The notes beneath the pieces were generated by a model, which saw nothing but the letters and a program-made list of their open reading frames with translations, ran no database searches and was not told where the DNA came from. Both the position numbers and the translations under genes were made by a program. A stretch of 63,810 bases of DNA, the filler included, from Dimorphilus gyrociliatus (lineage: Eukaryota > Animalia > Annelida), in the NCBI GenBank assembly GCA_904063045.1. It is 4 parts of 4 records of this genome, joined end to end, with 100 filler letters (N's around TTAATTAATTAA, not from the genome) between each part and the next. Parts side by side here need not be neighbours in the genome. Positions count along the whole stretch, not along the records: positions 1 to 30,973 come from CAJFCJ010000213.1; 3 more parts are not named here. The stretch is one strand, 5' to 3'. Below, one piece after another: positions 1 to 11,556 of the stretch (the first letter of the stretch is position 1; the number at the start of each line of letters is the position of its first letter).

Positions 1-1223
1 TTTTATAGTTTTTTTGTTACACTCATATTGAGTGTAATTTCTCTTATTCTATATCCTTCTAGTATGTTTATAAATACCTTTAGTATTTTTTAAATATCTA
101 TTTTCATGTATTCATAAGATATTCCTACAAGTTTAGTAGTTTCAAATCTACATAATGATTGGTTACACCGAAAAAATATTTGACTTTCGCCCAATTACCT
201 TCCTTTTTTATTGTATTTAATATGTTATGTAGCTTTTAAATTGCTATTGAGGATTTTTATGCATAAAATGATGTTTTTTTTTAAATCTTTTTTGAAAATT
301 TTTAGCATTGTATAGGAGTAAAATTTTTAAAATTAAGGTCTATTCCCAGGGCGGATTGGAGAGCCTTAAAATCCTAATATCCTTCAACCAAATATAAATA
401 CATCATAATAGTGTAGTTTCTGATTTTTAAACAGGTTGATTCAATCTTATTCTGACTGTACAGCACCATAAAAAACGAATACACCACATCTGAAATTTTT
501 ATGAGTTTTATAATAATACTAAATCTACTAATAATATAAGCTTTCACCGACCAATGCTTACTGATTCTTTATCTATAGATTTGATTATTATTAGTATCTC
601 AAATGAGTATATTATTTATTTTCTTCTTTTTTGATATGTTAGGTTTGAGTTTTTATATATTAATCATTCATTTAAATCCTTATATTCTGTTATAGAAGTA
701 TTTAAGAAAGTGTACAAAGTAAATGGTTTCTTTAGAAGATATTGCACTTTAGACACTTTCTCGGTGACTATTTTAATTCACAAATAGTAAAAAGCGATTA
801 TTTAAAAAACTTACTTTTAATAAATATAGGTTTCATTAGATTATCAATTTTAGCTAAGAAAAGTACTTATTCAGCGCTTTTTTTTACTTATTACATTTCT
901 AAGTATCATTGACGGTCGTAATCCAATCAACAATACATTATAAATATAAACAAGAAATACAAATCATAAGAAAAGACCCATTAAAATACTTTAACAAAAA
1001 TTTATGGTAAATTAATATAAGAAATTATAAAAGGAGAATTAAAAATTATCTTACCAATCATTGTAATTTGTTAAATTGATTTTTTTTCTATAAAAATAAT
1101 TAAAATTCAATCTAAGTTCCAAATAGAATAAAATTATTATCAAAATATTTATAAAAGGTGGAAAGAATATTTTTTTTAGAATATATATAAATGGAAAGAG
1201 TCAGTTATGATGTAAACAAATTC

Positions 1224-1251
1224 TATAAATAATTTTTAAATTTCCCCTTTT
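1224..1251 (+). promoter_or_regulatory. AT-rich box plus CCC-type motif immediately upstream of LRR gene 1
   Basis: TATAAATAATTTTTAAATTTCCCCTTTT|ATG; near-identical to the sequence before the ATG at 6560. CCC-like motifs just upstream of ATG are an established microsporidian transcription signal. Confidence 0.6.
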
Positions 1252-3035
1252 ATGAAAAGTTACAGAAGATGTTTGTTCTTGTTCTTAATATTTGTTATAA
1301 AGTTTATAGAATGTACTCAGAACAGCTCAACAACAGAATTAACGTTTAGTGATGTTGAAAAACAGAGCTTAAAAAAAATTTTCAAAAATTTTATTCAGTC
1401 TTATGGAAAAATTAGATATCTTTTTTCTTTTAAATTTGATGAATCTATGACTAACAATATATTCAAATATAATATAAAAGCTTATGGAGCAATTGATAGT
1501 ATTTTAGATGATACAGATAAACTAACTAAACTTAGAGATATAATGGTAGGATTTTCTCAGAAATTAGAACTTAAAGTACGAAGAAACATTTTTAAGATAA
1601 AAGATTATGTTAGTTCAATGTTATATGATTACATGGTAAAAGATAAAGAGTATTCCGTGGAAGAGATAGAAAGCATTATAGAGAGATCTAAATCATACAT
1701 AAATGAAGTCTTAGAGCGTCCTTTAAAGAGTTTAAAGCGTGTTTATATGCTAAAAAAATTACAATCACTGAATTTATCAAATTGTAATCTTAAGGATGAT
1801 AGTTTAGATGGTTTAGATGGTCTTAAGAAACTTAGAATATTAAATGTTTCAGATAATAAAGATATAACCAAAGAAGGATTTGATAAGCTATCTGTTCTTA
1901 AAGATCTCGAATCTATATCTTTGTATAGCTGTAATATTCAAGGGAATGGAGATCTAGAAGTGTTAGGGGAACTACCTAATCTCCAGGAACTCTTTTTCGA
2001 CTCTAGTAAAAGCATTAATAGTAGTAATATTGACTCAATCTGCAAAGCCACTCAGTTGACGAAACTAGCGTTGACCAATTCTAATCTGGAAAGTAATATA
2101 CTAAAAAATAGACTAAAAATTTGAAAAAATTAGAAACTTTAAATCTTTCTTTACTGAAAATGCAGATAAAGAATTACTTGAAGAAATTTTTGATAATCTC
2201 ACGCAACTCAAAGATTTAAATATATCATTTTGTGTTGATATAAACCAGGATCATTTGAATTAATACATAATTTGAATAACTTAGTAAGTTTAAACGTAAA
2301 CATATAAAAAATCTCAATGAAGCAGATTTATCAAATATATTTAATCTGAAAATGCTTGAATCTCTTAATTTATCTTACTGTGAACTAAAAATGGGATCTT
2401 TAAAAGGAATAGAAAAGATAGAACATTTAACAGAACTGTACGTAGGCAACAATGAGATTTCCAAGGATGATACAACTTCTTTATTTAAACTAGAAAAGTT
2501 AGAGATTTTGAAAATGGATGACTGCGAGTTTGAAGAAGGAAGTTTAAAAGGTATAAAAAATTTAAAAAAGTTAAAAGTTTTAAATTTGAATTGGTGCACA
2601 GCCATAGGAAATGAAGAAATGAAAGAAATATCACAACTAAGTAAACTCGAAAAATTAGAAATAATTTCATGTGAACTCAAAGCTGAGGTCTTAAGCAATG
2701 GTTTCAGGGCATTAAATAATCTAAGAGAGCTTAGTATTGGATTCAACCAAAACTTCTCAAATAGTGATATGTCAGAAATTTTCAATTTAAAGAATCTAGA
2801 ACATCTTACAATGCTTGGATGTGATTTAAATGCTAATCATCTTAAAGGAATTCATTCACTTAAGAAGCTAAAAAGTTTAGAAGTATCAGGCAATCAAAGT
2901 CTAACTAAACAAGACTATATAGGAATTAGTAAGCTACCCAACCTATACAGATTATATGTTGATAAATCTTTTTATTCTATAAATGGTATAGAAGACATAA
3001 AAAACGAACTTAAAGAAAGGCGGATTCTTGATTAG
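1252..3035 (+). CDS. Secreted leucine-rich-repeat protein 1 (about 595 aa when reconstructed; interrupted by four 1-bp frameshifts at 2110-2310)
   Basis: ORFs 1252-2124 and 2352-3035 both carry LxxLxLxxN/C repeats. The gap reads as LRR text in shifting frames (KNLKKLETLNLS / TENADKELLEEIFDNLTQLKDLNISFC / IHNLNNLVSLNV / NLNEADLSNIFNLKMLE). Four single-base insertions restore one frame. The N-terminus is hydrophobic and signal-like. Confidence 0.8.
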
Positions 3036-3267
3036 ATACACATATGAACTTAAAAATAGATGCACACGTGTTTTAAGAGTAACCTCTCTCTTTAAAAGAA
3101 ATATACTTCAAAATTATTTAATAAACCGAGGATCTTCGTTTATCTTTTTTATTTCTAATATATAATTCCACTGTATTCATATACTATTTATTCCTATGTT
3201 TTTTTTCTGAGATATTACTTATTTCAATATTTTATGTATATAAAAAATTGATAAAAATTTGTCTTCA

Positions 3268-4070
3268 GGGACCTAAAAAAATGTGGAAACTCCCCTTATC
3301 GGATTAACTGTAGATATAGTAGAGAAGAATTTTTTAAGCTGACGATGAATAACTTATCATTATTTAATTTTTTACTAAAAAACATATTCATTATTGGAGA
3401 AAAACTGTGGAAGGTGAAAAACTCTACGATTTTAATTAAAAACTATGATTTAGAGAAGTATGCTTGGCATTGTAAATGTTTAAAAAAGAGTTCTATTAGA
3501 AGAATGTATTTATTTTTTTGTATAAAATTGCCTTTAGTAAAAATTATAAAGGTAATTTATAGAATAATAAAAACCATATGTGATGAAATACAAGTGAATA
3601 AAGCGGGGGTAACTATAAAACGCTTATTATTATTATATTGAAAAAATATGTTTAAGTATAGGTGATGTTGAAAAAAAAGTATAAATTGCCCCCAAACCGC
3701 AATCACCAAAAGGTTTTATAATGTTAAAAAACATTTTAATTTTTAGATATAAAGCACTTTTTTTATAATAACAAAGACAAGAACTACTTATAAACTAAAA
3801 AAGACTATTTATCGTAACATAAAAAGTAATAATAATAGCTGATAAATAACATCCAATCACTTAATATAAAACACTTGAAAACAAACCATAAAAAATATTT
3901 TGTAGATTCAAAAGATCGTAAAATTAATACAATTAGTATAAAAATGGAAACATCTAAAAAATCTAATATTGAGAAAAAATCTTAGAAATAATATTGTGAT
4001 AAAAAAAAAGGGCATTTCCCGAAGTGATAGAACTATTTAGAATAATTTTTTTCACATTTGTTTAGGACCC
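3268..4070 (+). mobile_element. Degenerate Merlin (IS1016/ISXO2-like) DNA transposon, copy A
   Basis: Imperfect 22-bp TIRs: left GGGACCTAAAAAAATGTGGAAA, right (rev. comp.) GGGTCCTAAACAAATGTGAAAA. Internal remnants YAWHCKCLKKSSIRR (Zn ribbon) and NHKKYFVDSKDRKINT (ISXO2 NH..FV....HT motif) at about 3881-3930. Confidence 0.65.
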
Positions 4071-4499
4071 TTCAATACGACTTTTTACCAAAAAATTTAA
4101 TTATGATCAATCGTAACTAGTGTATGGTTTAGAAAGCATGATAAAAAAATGATTACATCTTTTATTTCAAACTCTTTTATAACAGCCTTATAAGAGTTCC
4201 ATTCAAAAGCGATTATATTAGCTCTTTAAGGAGGTAAGCAAACAGTAAACATTAAAAAAGCGCTTGCTGAAGTACAGCGCAATAACTTTCTTATCACCAG
4301 AAATTGAACCCAAACCACTCACTAAGGATTCGGCCTGTAAAAGCTGAAAAAGAGTCAATTAATTGAATTATTAATCTATTATGAAGATTTCAACCAACTT
4401 GAGATAAAATAAAAAAATTTTATACGTCAAATTTAAATAATATTTAATAAAATTTTTAAAACACTTAACATATTAATAGTTTCTAATTTAAACCCACTA

Positions 4500-5628
4500 A
4501 ATGTTTTCTAGTTTTACTATTGCAGCTATCATTTTTCTGTAAGATGAGCCATATCGAAATGGTACTATTTTATTAAAGAGAGCTTCCGAAATGGAATTCA
4601 TTTATTTGCTAATTCTATTAAACTAAAAAAACATTCTCTATAGAATTTAAAAATGGAGAATATGGTGAAAGCATTTTATGCTCAGATTTTTTCTGATTAA
4701 TTCGTCCTTTAGTGCCCTGTAGTGCAAATGTGATCATTATTTTTAATAAAAACATTTGTTGGAGGTCCTTTTATTCAACTGCTCTAATTTACAGAAAAAT
4801 CCATCTTGTGATATATCATTCCACACTTATTCATAGCAGTAACATAAGATACCCCGCATAAATCCCACTTCATCCATTAAAATCAACCTATTATCATTTA
4901 TGTTATGATTCCATTTTACAAATAAAATCCTCATTTTGTTTTTATTTATCCTAGCATAAGATATATGTATGATTTATTTAAGTATAAAAGAATTAACAGT
5001 AGTATGTAATAAAAACTTACTGTTGTCGTGTCAAATAAAATACATTTTACAAATAAACTACAAGGGGAAAATCCTATTAAATAGTATAAATTTCACAAAA
5101 ATAAATTATTTTAAGCCTTATTTTCATGAATTTGGTCGGGTCAAATAAACTACATGGTAATTTAATAGGATTTCCTTTTTTTATTTAATACAAAATTTTA
5201 ACATAATTTTTTTTTGGAAACACTCCAACAAATAAACTACATAACTAATTTAATAGGGGTTTATAAATAAAAAAAATTTATGGTAAAATTTTGTATTAAA
5301 TAAAAAAATGAAATCCTATTAAATTACCATGTAGTTTATTTGACCCGACCAAATTCATGAAAGCAAGGCTTAAAATAATTTATTTTTGTGAAATTTATAC
5401 TATTTAATAGGATTTTGCCATGTAGTTTATTTGTAAAATGTATTTTATTTGACACGACATTTATTACTTTTTTTTAGTATAATCTTTTTGGACCTGTGAT
5501 CTTTTTATTACTCTAAGGATGTTAGAACTATTTTTTTGATACTTTTCTGCAAGTTTAGTTGCAAGTCCATCCATCCTCATATCTAACACAGATTTCAGTC
5601 TTTGATGTTTGTTCAGATGTTGCGCCAT
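4500..5628 (-). pseudogene. IS630/Tc1-like transposase remnant, split by the 5024-5459 foldback element
   Basis: ATG at 5628 preceded by TTTCCCCCCTTA; N-terminal MAQHLNKHQRLKSVLDMRMDG.... Below the insertion are LILMDEVGF (first catalytic D), VTAMNKCGMIYHK and MLSPYSPFLNSIENV (LPPYSPxLNPIE motif). The lower boundary is approximate. Confidence 0.65.
5024..5459. mobile_element. Foldback/MITE-like palindromic element with about 175-bp inverted arms
   Basis: Left arm TGTCGTGTCAAATAAAATACATTTTACAAATAAACTAC... is the reverse complement of the right arm ...GTAGTTTATTTGTAAAATGTATTTTATTTGACACGACA. The spacer is about 80 bp and CAAATAAACTAC sub-repeats recur internally. Confidence 0.85.
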
Positions 5629-6559
5629 TAAGGGGGGAAATATTAATGTTTTTGAATTCTACTAATACTTTTTTAAGTATTTAGAAAACATGATGCATTT
5701 TTTATTTCCATGTTTTTTATTTTTTCCCTAAATGCAAAATTATTTAATATGAGGAATAACATTAAATTTTGAAATTGTTTATTTTATAAGAATAAATTAT
5801 AATTAAGATATAATTCATTTTAAATCGCTTAAAATTTAGGATTTTAAGGGGAATGCATTTTTTTTGCCGCCATTGTAATTTTGAAAAAGTCTCAAATTTT
5901 ACAGCCTTTCCCTTTAAAATGAAAAATTAAAAATAATCGGAGAACTTTAACTCTTTAGTAATTTAATATAAATTTGTGGTGATTCTCATTTGACTATAAA
6001 AAAATTATTAGTAATGATCTTGAAAAAATAGTCCATCGAAATAAGCTGAAGAAGATATAATCGACAGCAATAAGTTTTGATAATTAAATATTTTAATATT
6101 CAAATATTTTTATAATTAAATTAGTGCAACACAATGATACAACCAATAGTTTAACATACAACAAATATTGAATTCTTTTATTTGAATTTTTTTTGAAAGA
6201 TCTTTTTCCATTCTTCTCTTCAATTTTTCTGTTTTTGAAAAATATCATTGCTTGATCGAAGGTAATGAAATAATTCCAATTTCCCAAAAACCTTCCTCAA
6301 AAGATGTTTGGAATTGTTTCATAATGTAACATAGTTCCTAAACAAGAAAAAGACTCCTTTACAAAAATATAAAGAACTAACCAAATAAAGTAACAAAATT
6401 ATTGATAAACTCAACCTTCAAAGTTTTCTAAAATTCCATTATTAAGCATGTTTTTATACTTAATAGGACTAGTTTAAGTTTTTTTAAAATATTTTATTTG
6501 CTGTTTTATCCAAATATAGTAATGGGAAAGTATAAATAAATTTTATATTTCCCCCTTTT

Positions 6560-8275
6560 ATGAATCTCTACAAAACAAAAACAATAGCGACTTTACTGCT
6601 TAGCTTTTATATCACATTCATTGTTTCAAGTGAAATGATACATAATCAAGTAACAACTCAGCTGAGTGAACAAAGTAGTACTTCATTCAATACAGAACTA
6701 TTCGAAAGTCTGCAAAGTTATATGAAAGATAAAAAGCAACCTTTAGCTGAATTTGATCTCAATAACATTGAAGTTTTAGAATTTGAATTCTCTCGAGAAA
6801 ACTTAGAAGCATCTGCTAAGGCAGATTCTGTTGTCTTAACGGTTAGTGAAAAGAGGTATCCAGTTATAATAGACGAAATAAATAGCAAGTTAATCGTTTT
6901 GAGAACTTCTATTGGCGATGAAGTTTCTATTTTAAACGATATAGACAAACTAACTAATCTTAACACATTAAAACTCAAAGGACATCATATATTCACAGTA
7001 GATGAATTCCAAGCTATTTCAAAATTGGCCCAACTTAAAAGTATAAAAATAAATTATATAGATGAAAATAGCAGTCTAATAAAAAACTTAAATACAATAG
7101 AAAGTTTAGAAAATGTTACGTTACAAATAGACCATGAGATGAAGGATGACATGTTACAATCATTATTACATTTAAAAAATATAAAAAATATTTATGTTGA
7201 AGTTGACAACAAGCAACACAGGTATAGTAAGTACATATCCCTACGAGAAAATCTTACTGAATTCGACGCTTGTGCATTTAATACACTTATTGATAAAAAC
7301 GATACTAAAATTTTAGCGTATCTACCAAACTTAGAAAGTATGGAAATAAGTCAAACTAGTATCTCACCTGGTGCATTAAGTAAAATAGAAATACCAAAAA
7401 GTGTTACACAATTAGATCTGAGTTTCTCTAATGGAATAAATGATGAAGATTATCTCAACTTATCAAATTTAGTGAACTTGACCAACCTAGATTTAAGGAG
7501 ATGTAATCCTAGTGAAAATGGCTTCGGTTATTTCGAAAACAAGCTCAAATATTTGAAGGTGTTGCATTTAGACGGAAATACAAACTTAACACAACGACAT
7601 TTTGAAGTTATAAACACATTTGAAAGTTTAGAAAGACTATCTCTTGAAGGCTGCCTTTTAAAAAAAGATACAATTGTACCAATAAGTAGCCTAAACAAGC
7701 TTACTGATCTAAGCCTGTTTCATAACACAGATTTAGATGTTGAAGATTACAAAACACTTAACAAATTAACCAGTCTAAAATCATTATATTTATTTATGGC
7801 TATACAAAAAGGAGATCTCTTAAAAGAGCTCAAAGACCTCAAAGAACTTCAATCTCTGCATTTGGGATTTTGCAAAAATCTTTCACAAAATGATATTAAT
7901 ACAATGCTGGGCTTTGAAAATCTAGAAGAATTAAATCTACATAGAACTGAGATACCACCACAATCACTTATAGAAATAAGTAGACTAGAAAACTTAAAAA
8001 CATTAACCTTAGCTAATATAAACTTAACTATTGAAGAATTTGATTCATTATCAAAATTAAGAAGTATTAAAAGTCTTGCAATTTTCGCATGTAATATTCC
8101 AAAGAATGTGTTACCAAAACTACGATGTTTAACAAACCTAGAGAAATTCTACTTTGCCACAGAATACAAAATTGGTAATGAAGATTTGGAATACTTAGAA
8201 GAAATGAAATCTTCAAATAAATTAGGAGGAGAAAAAATTGAGTACCTTAGAAAAATAGTAGAAACTTCTAATTAA
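6560..8275 (+). CDS. Secreted leucine-rich-repeat protein 2 (571 aa)
   Basis: Intact ORF; signal-like TIATLLLSFYITFIVSS; many LxxLxxLxLxxN/C repeats; TTTCCCCCTTTT directly before the ATG. Confidence 0.9.
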   Translation: MNLYKTKTIATLLLSFYITFIVSSEMIHNQVTTQLSEQSSTSFNTELFESLQSYMKDKKQPLAEFDLNNIEVLEFEFSRENLEASAKADSVVLTVSEKRYPVIIDEINSKLIVLRTSIGDEVSILNDIDKLTNLNTLKLKGHHIFTVDEFQAISKLAQLKSIKINYIDENSSLIKNLNTIESLENVTLQIDHEMKDDMLQSLLHLKNIKNIYVEVDNKQHRYSKYISLRENLTEFDACAFNTLIDKNDTKILAYLPNLESMEISQTSISPGALSKIEIPKSVTQLDLSFSNGINDEDYLNLSNLVNLTNLDLRRCNPSENGFGYFENKLKYLKVLHLDGNTNLTQRHFEVINTFESLERLSLEGCLLKKDTIVPISSLNKLTDLSLFHNTDLDVEDYKTLNKLTSLKSLYLFMAIQKGDLLKELKDLKELQSLHLGFCKNLSQNDINTMLGFENLEELNLHRTEIPPQSLIEISRLENLKTLTLANINLTIEEFDSLSKLRSIKSLAIFACNIPKNVLPKLRCLTNLEKFYFATEYKIGNEDLEYLEEMKSSNKLGGEKIEYLRKIVETSN

Positions 8276-8711
8276 ACAAAATTCTTATATTATAGTTTAT
8301 TTACATCTAACAATAATTGTCGCACGACGCGCAACCGAGTTCGAGTCTATGTATTGTAAATTTTTTATTTTTTTGAAAGAAATTTTAAAAAAAATTAAAA
8401 TAAATAGAATAGAATATATTTAACAATTTTAGCATATCCTAAACTCACTCTTAATAATAAATACACTTTTCTTGGAGATAAATCAAAAATTATCTTAACA
8501 TTTTGTAAAAGATATAGACAAAGAGTTTACTCAAAATAAATCTAAAAAAAATGCTAATTTTATTCTATAATTTAACAGAAACATGAATGATAAAAGAAAA
8601 TAAGTAGCAACACTTTATTTTTAATTTTTCAGACTTGATTTTTACTCACAATTAATTCGATAGCAGTGTTTAAGTTTTTTATCTTGATGCGATTCATTGA
8701 TTGCATCTCAA

Positions 8712-9440
8712 CTATTTATATAAAAACGCTTTAGTTTTTTCTTCATTTTTGAATTCTTCTCGACCCCCTTTTTTAAAATAACAATATGATATTTCGAGTT
8801 CATATTTAGAGTTATGAACATCTGAATTTCTATCAATTCGGTTTATATAGTTTTTTAAAATTTTAATTTGGATGTAATTATTCAATTCGGATATTTCATC
8901 ATCTCTTTTAACTAAATTATTAATAAAGTTTGTTTTAAAAAATATTTCAAATGGTGTTTTACGATGTGCTGAATGAATTGTTATATTGTAATAGTAAACA
9001 CTTTCATTAAGCACCGATATCCAATTCTTATCACTTGAGCTTACTTTTTTATTCAAAGTCCTTGTGATAGTCTGGTTGAATCACTAAACTTGGCCTTGTG
9101 ACATGGGGTGTTGTGCACGCCCATGTATTTCTTTGATATCATTTTTTTTAATATAGTACTTTTAAAGTTTCATTTTTAAATTCCTTTCCGTTGTCAGCTT
9201 GAATTGATTCAGGAAGTCCATACATATATAATAAATTTTTTATTCTTTCTTCAAGACATTTAGCAGATTTTTTCAATAATGGATAGCATATCTCAAATTT
9301 ATAATATTCATCGTTTATCGATAAAGTCCAGTAAAATCTCATTTAACTTTCTTTATAAATAGACAAATCAAGTAAATCTATTTGTATTCCTTCCCAAACT
9401 CTTAATACAGTTATATGAGAGACTACATCTTTTACCTTAA
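8712..9440 (-). pseudogene. Retroviral-type (rve) integrase remnant, Gypsy- or Ginger-like
   Basis: Fragments WEGIQIDLLDL, YGLPESIQADNGKEFKN, GRAQHPMSQGQV*xFNQT and YYYNITIHSAHRKTPFEIF, with stops and frameshifts. Confidence 0.75.
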
Positions 9441-10074
9441 GGGGGGGGAGTGCTTTGGCAAATACCTCTCTTATTATACTTCTTTTTATGGATCAACTAA
9501 AAAAAGACTATTTGCTTTTTTCCAGTTGTGTAAAATATTATACAACCCATGGCTACATTATATGAAAACACTTTAAGACATTTACTGAATGATACCAATG
9601 AAGAAATAATAAGATTCTTCAAGCAAATAGGAATTCTTAAATCTAATTTAAACTGTATGTCATGTTCTGATGTTCTTTCAATGAAAAAATCTACTGCTAA
9701 TTTAGATGGGGATGTATATAGATGTAGCAATAGGCAATGTAGCTTACACCAAAAGATAATATCAATAAGAACAAATCCATTCTTTTCTGTTTCAAAAATT
9801 ACACTAAAGAGTTGGGTTGAAGTTTTATTTAGATGGTCTCAGGGAGATTTGATAGAGAGGGTGATGCGTGATATAAGCATATCACAATCCACTTTAATAA
9901 AAAAATATAAATTAATAAGAAATGAAATTACAAAACTCTTATTTCTAAATCCTGTTAGACTTGAAGGAGAAAATGTAATTTGTCAAGTAGATGAGTGCTT
10001 ATTCTGCCATGAACCAAACTATCATCGTGGAAGAGCTTCTGAAGTGCAAGTATGGGTATTTGGAATTGCATATA

Positions 10075-11556
10075 CAGTGGAGGAAAAAAAAACGGATCAT
10101 TTCTAAAAATAATTAATCCTTCTATTTATGAACATCTTTTAATAAAATATTATTCACTACATATAATCAAATATATTTACCTTTCTCAAGTATTTTTTTA
10201 ATATAATTTTATTGATGTTTAACCAAAAAAATCCAAAAATTTCATGATAAGGTGGAAAAAAAAAACGGATCATTTCATATTTATCCTATTTCCCTCCATA
10301 AATGATGATAATTCTCCTTAATTTGTACCCCTCAATGGGAAAACATATTACACCTGAAGTTTTCGGTCAGATAAAAGCAATGAGAGCTCTAAAAATTCCA
10401 TATAGGGAAATATCAGAAAAACTGAAAATTCCGTATACAACTGTTTATAGACATGGTGTTTTATGTAATAAAACTGACAATCTAATAAGAAAAACAGGTT
10501 CAGGGCGAAAGAGATCACTTTCACAAGAACATTTTAGATTTATTAAATCTAAAATGGATGAAGATAAAAATTGTACGCCCAAAAAGCTATCAAAACTATT
10601 AGATGAAAATCATGGAATAGTTGTTTCCAGAAGGACCATCTCTAACCATCTAAACAAGATAGGATTTCAAAGTGTAGTTCCTTGTTTCAGACCACTTCTA
10701 ACAGCTAGACATAAGATTGCTAGATACGAGATATCTAAAAATTGGTTAACAAAGCCAATAGAGTGGTGGAAGCAAGTTATATTCTCAGATGAAAGCAAGT
10801 TTAATTTATTTGGGAATGATGGTAAGCATAAAAAATGGATTCCTGCTGGGAAAAGGTTAGATCCCCGATATTCAATTAAAACAATCAAATACGGAGGCGG
10901 ATCAGTGATGGTTTGGGGTTGTTTTTCATATCATGGTGTGGGGAAGCTTGTTTTTATAGATGAAATAATGGATGCCTCTTTATATGTAAACATTCTAGCG
11001 CAAAATCTTCAAGCATCAAGTGAAAATATGGGACTCACCAATTACTTCTTTCAACAAGACAATGACCCTAAGCATACATCAAAGCTAGCGAAGGCATATT
11101 TTAGAGAAAATAATATAAAATTAATAAGCTGGGCATCTAACTCGCCCGATTTAAACCCAATTGAAAACCTCTGGGCTATTATTAAGAGGAATTTAAAGGA
11201 TAAAACACCAAAAAACAAGAGAGAGTTAAAAAGGTTAATAATAGAAGAATGGATGAAAATATCCCCAGATTTGTGTAGAAAACTAGTAATAGGAATGCCA
11301 CAAAGAGCTAGACAATGTTATCTAACAAAGGGAGACCATATTAATAAATAAATATGAAATGATCCGTTTTTTTTTCCACCTTATCATGAAATTTTTGGAT
11401 TTTTTTGGTTAAACATCAATAAAATTATATTAAAAAAATACTTGAGAAAGGTAAATATATTTGATTATATGTAGTGAATAATATTTTATTAAAAGATGTT
11501 CATAAATAGAAGGATTAATTATTTTTAGAAATGATCCGTTTTTTTTTCCTCCACTG
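10075..11556 (+). mobile_element. Complete Tc1-family DNA transposon with long IR/DR terminal repeats and TA target duplication
   Basis: TA at 10073-74 and 11557-58. TIRs 10075-10284 and 11348-11556 are essentially perfect (CAGTGGAGGAAAAAAAAACGGATCATTTC...), and each carries the GTGGAAAAAAAAAACGGATCATTTC repeat at both ends. Confidence 0.95.
10335..11351 (+). CDS. Tc1 DD34E transposase (338 aa from the likely true start MGKHITPE)
   Basis: VIFSDESKF, FFQQDNDPKH and SPDLNPIENLW, with 34 residues between the second D and the E; N-terminal HTH and GSGRKR linker. The ATG at 10335 is preceded by CCCCTCA; the ORF-track start at 10302 is probably too early. Confidence 0.95.
   Translation: MGKHITPEVFGQIKAMRALKIPYREISEKLKIPYTTVYRHGVLCNKTDNLIRKTGSGRKRSLSQEHFRFIKSKMDEDKNCTPKKLSKLLDENHGIVVSRRTISNHLNKIGFQSVVPCFRPLLTARHKIARYEISKNWLTKPIEWWKQVIFSDESKFNLFGNDGKHKKWIPAGKRLDPRYSIKTIKYGGGSVMVWGCFSYHGVGKLVFIDEIMDASLYVNILAQNLQASSENMGLTNYFFQQDNDPKHTSKLAKAYFRENNIKLISWASNSPDLNPIENLWAIIKRNLKDKTPKNKRELKRLIIEEWMKISPDLCRKLVIGMPQRARQCYLTKGDHINK

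Noticed and set aside
5900-6350. Possible fifth Merlin remnant
   Set aside because: Only scattered weak matches (e.g. MFGIVS); too degraded to support.
8318-8360. Possible LTR end (TGTCGCACGACGCGC...) downstream of the integrase remnant
   Set aside because: No second copy, polypurine tract or primer-binding site was found in the window.
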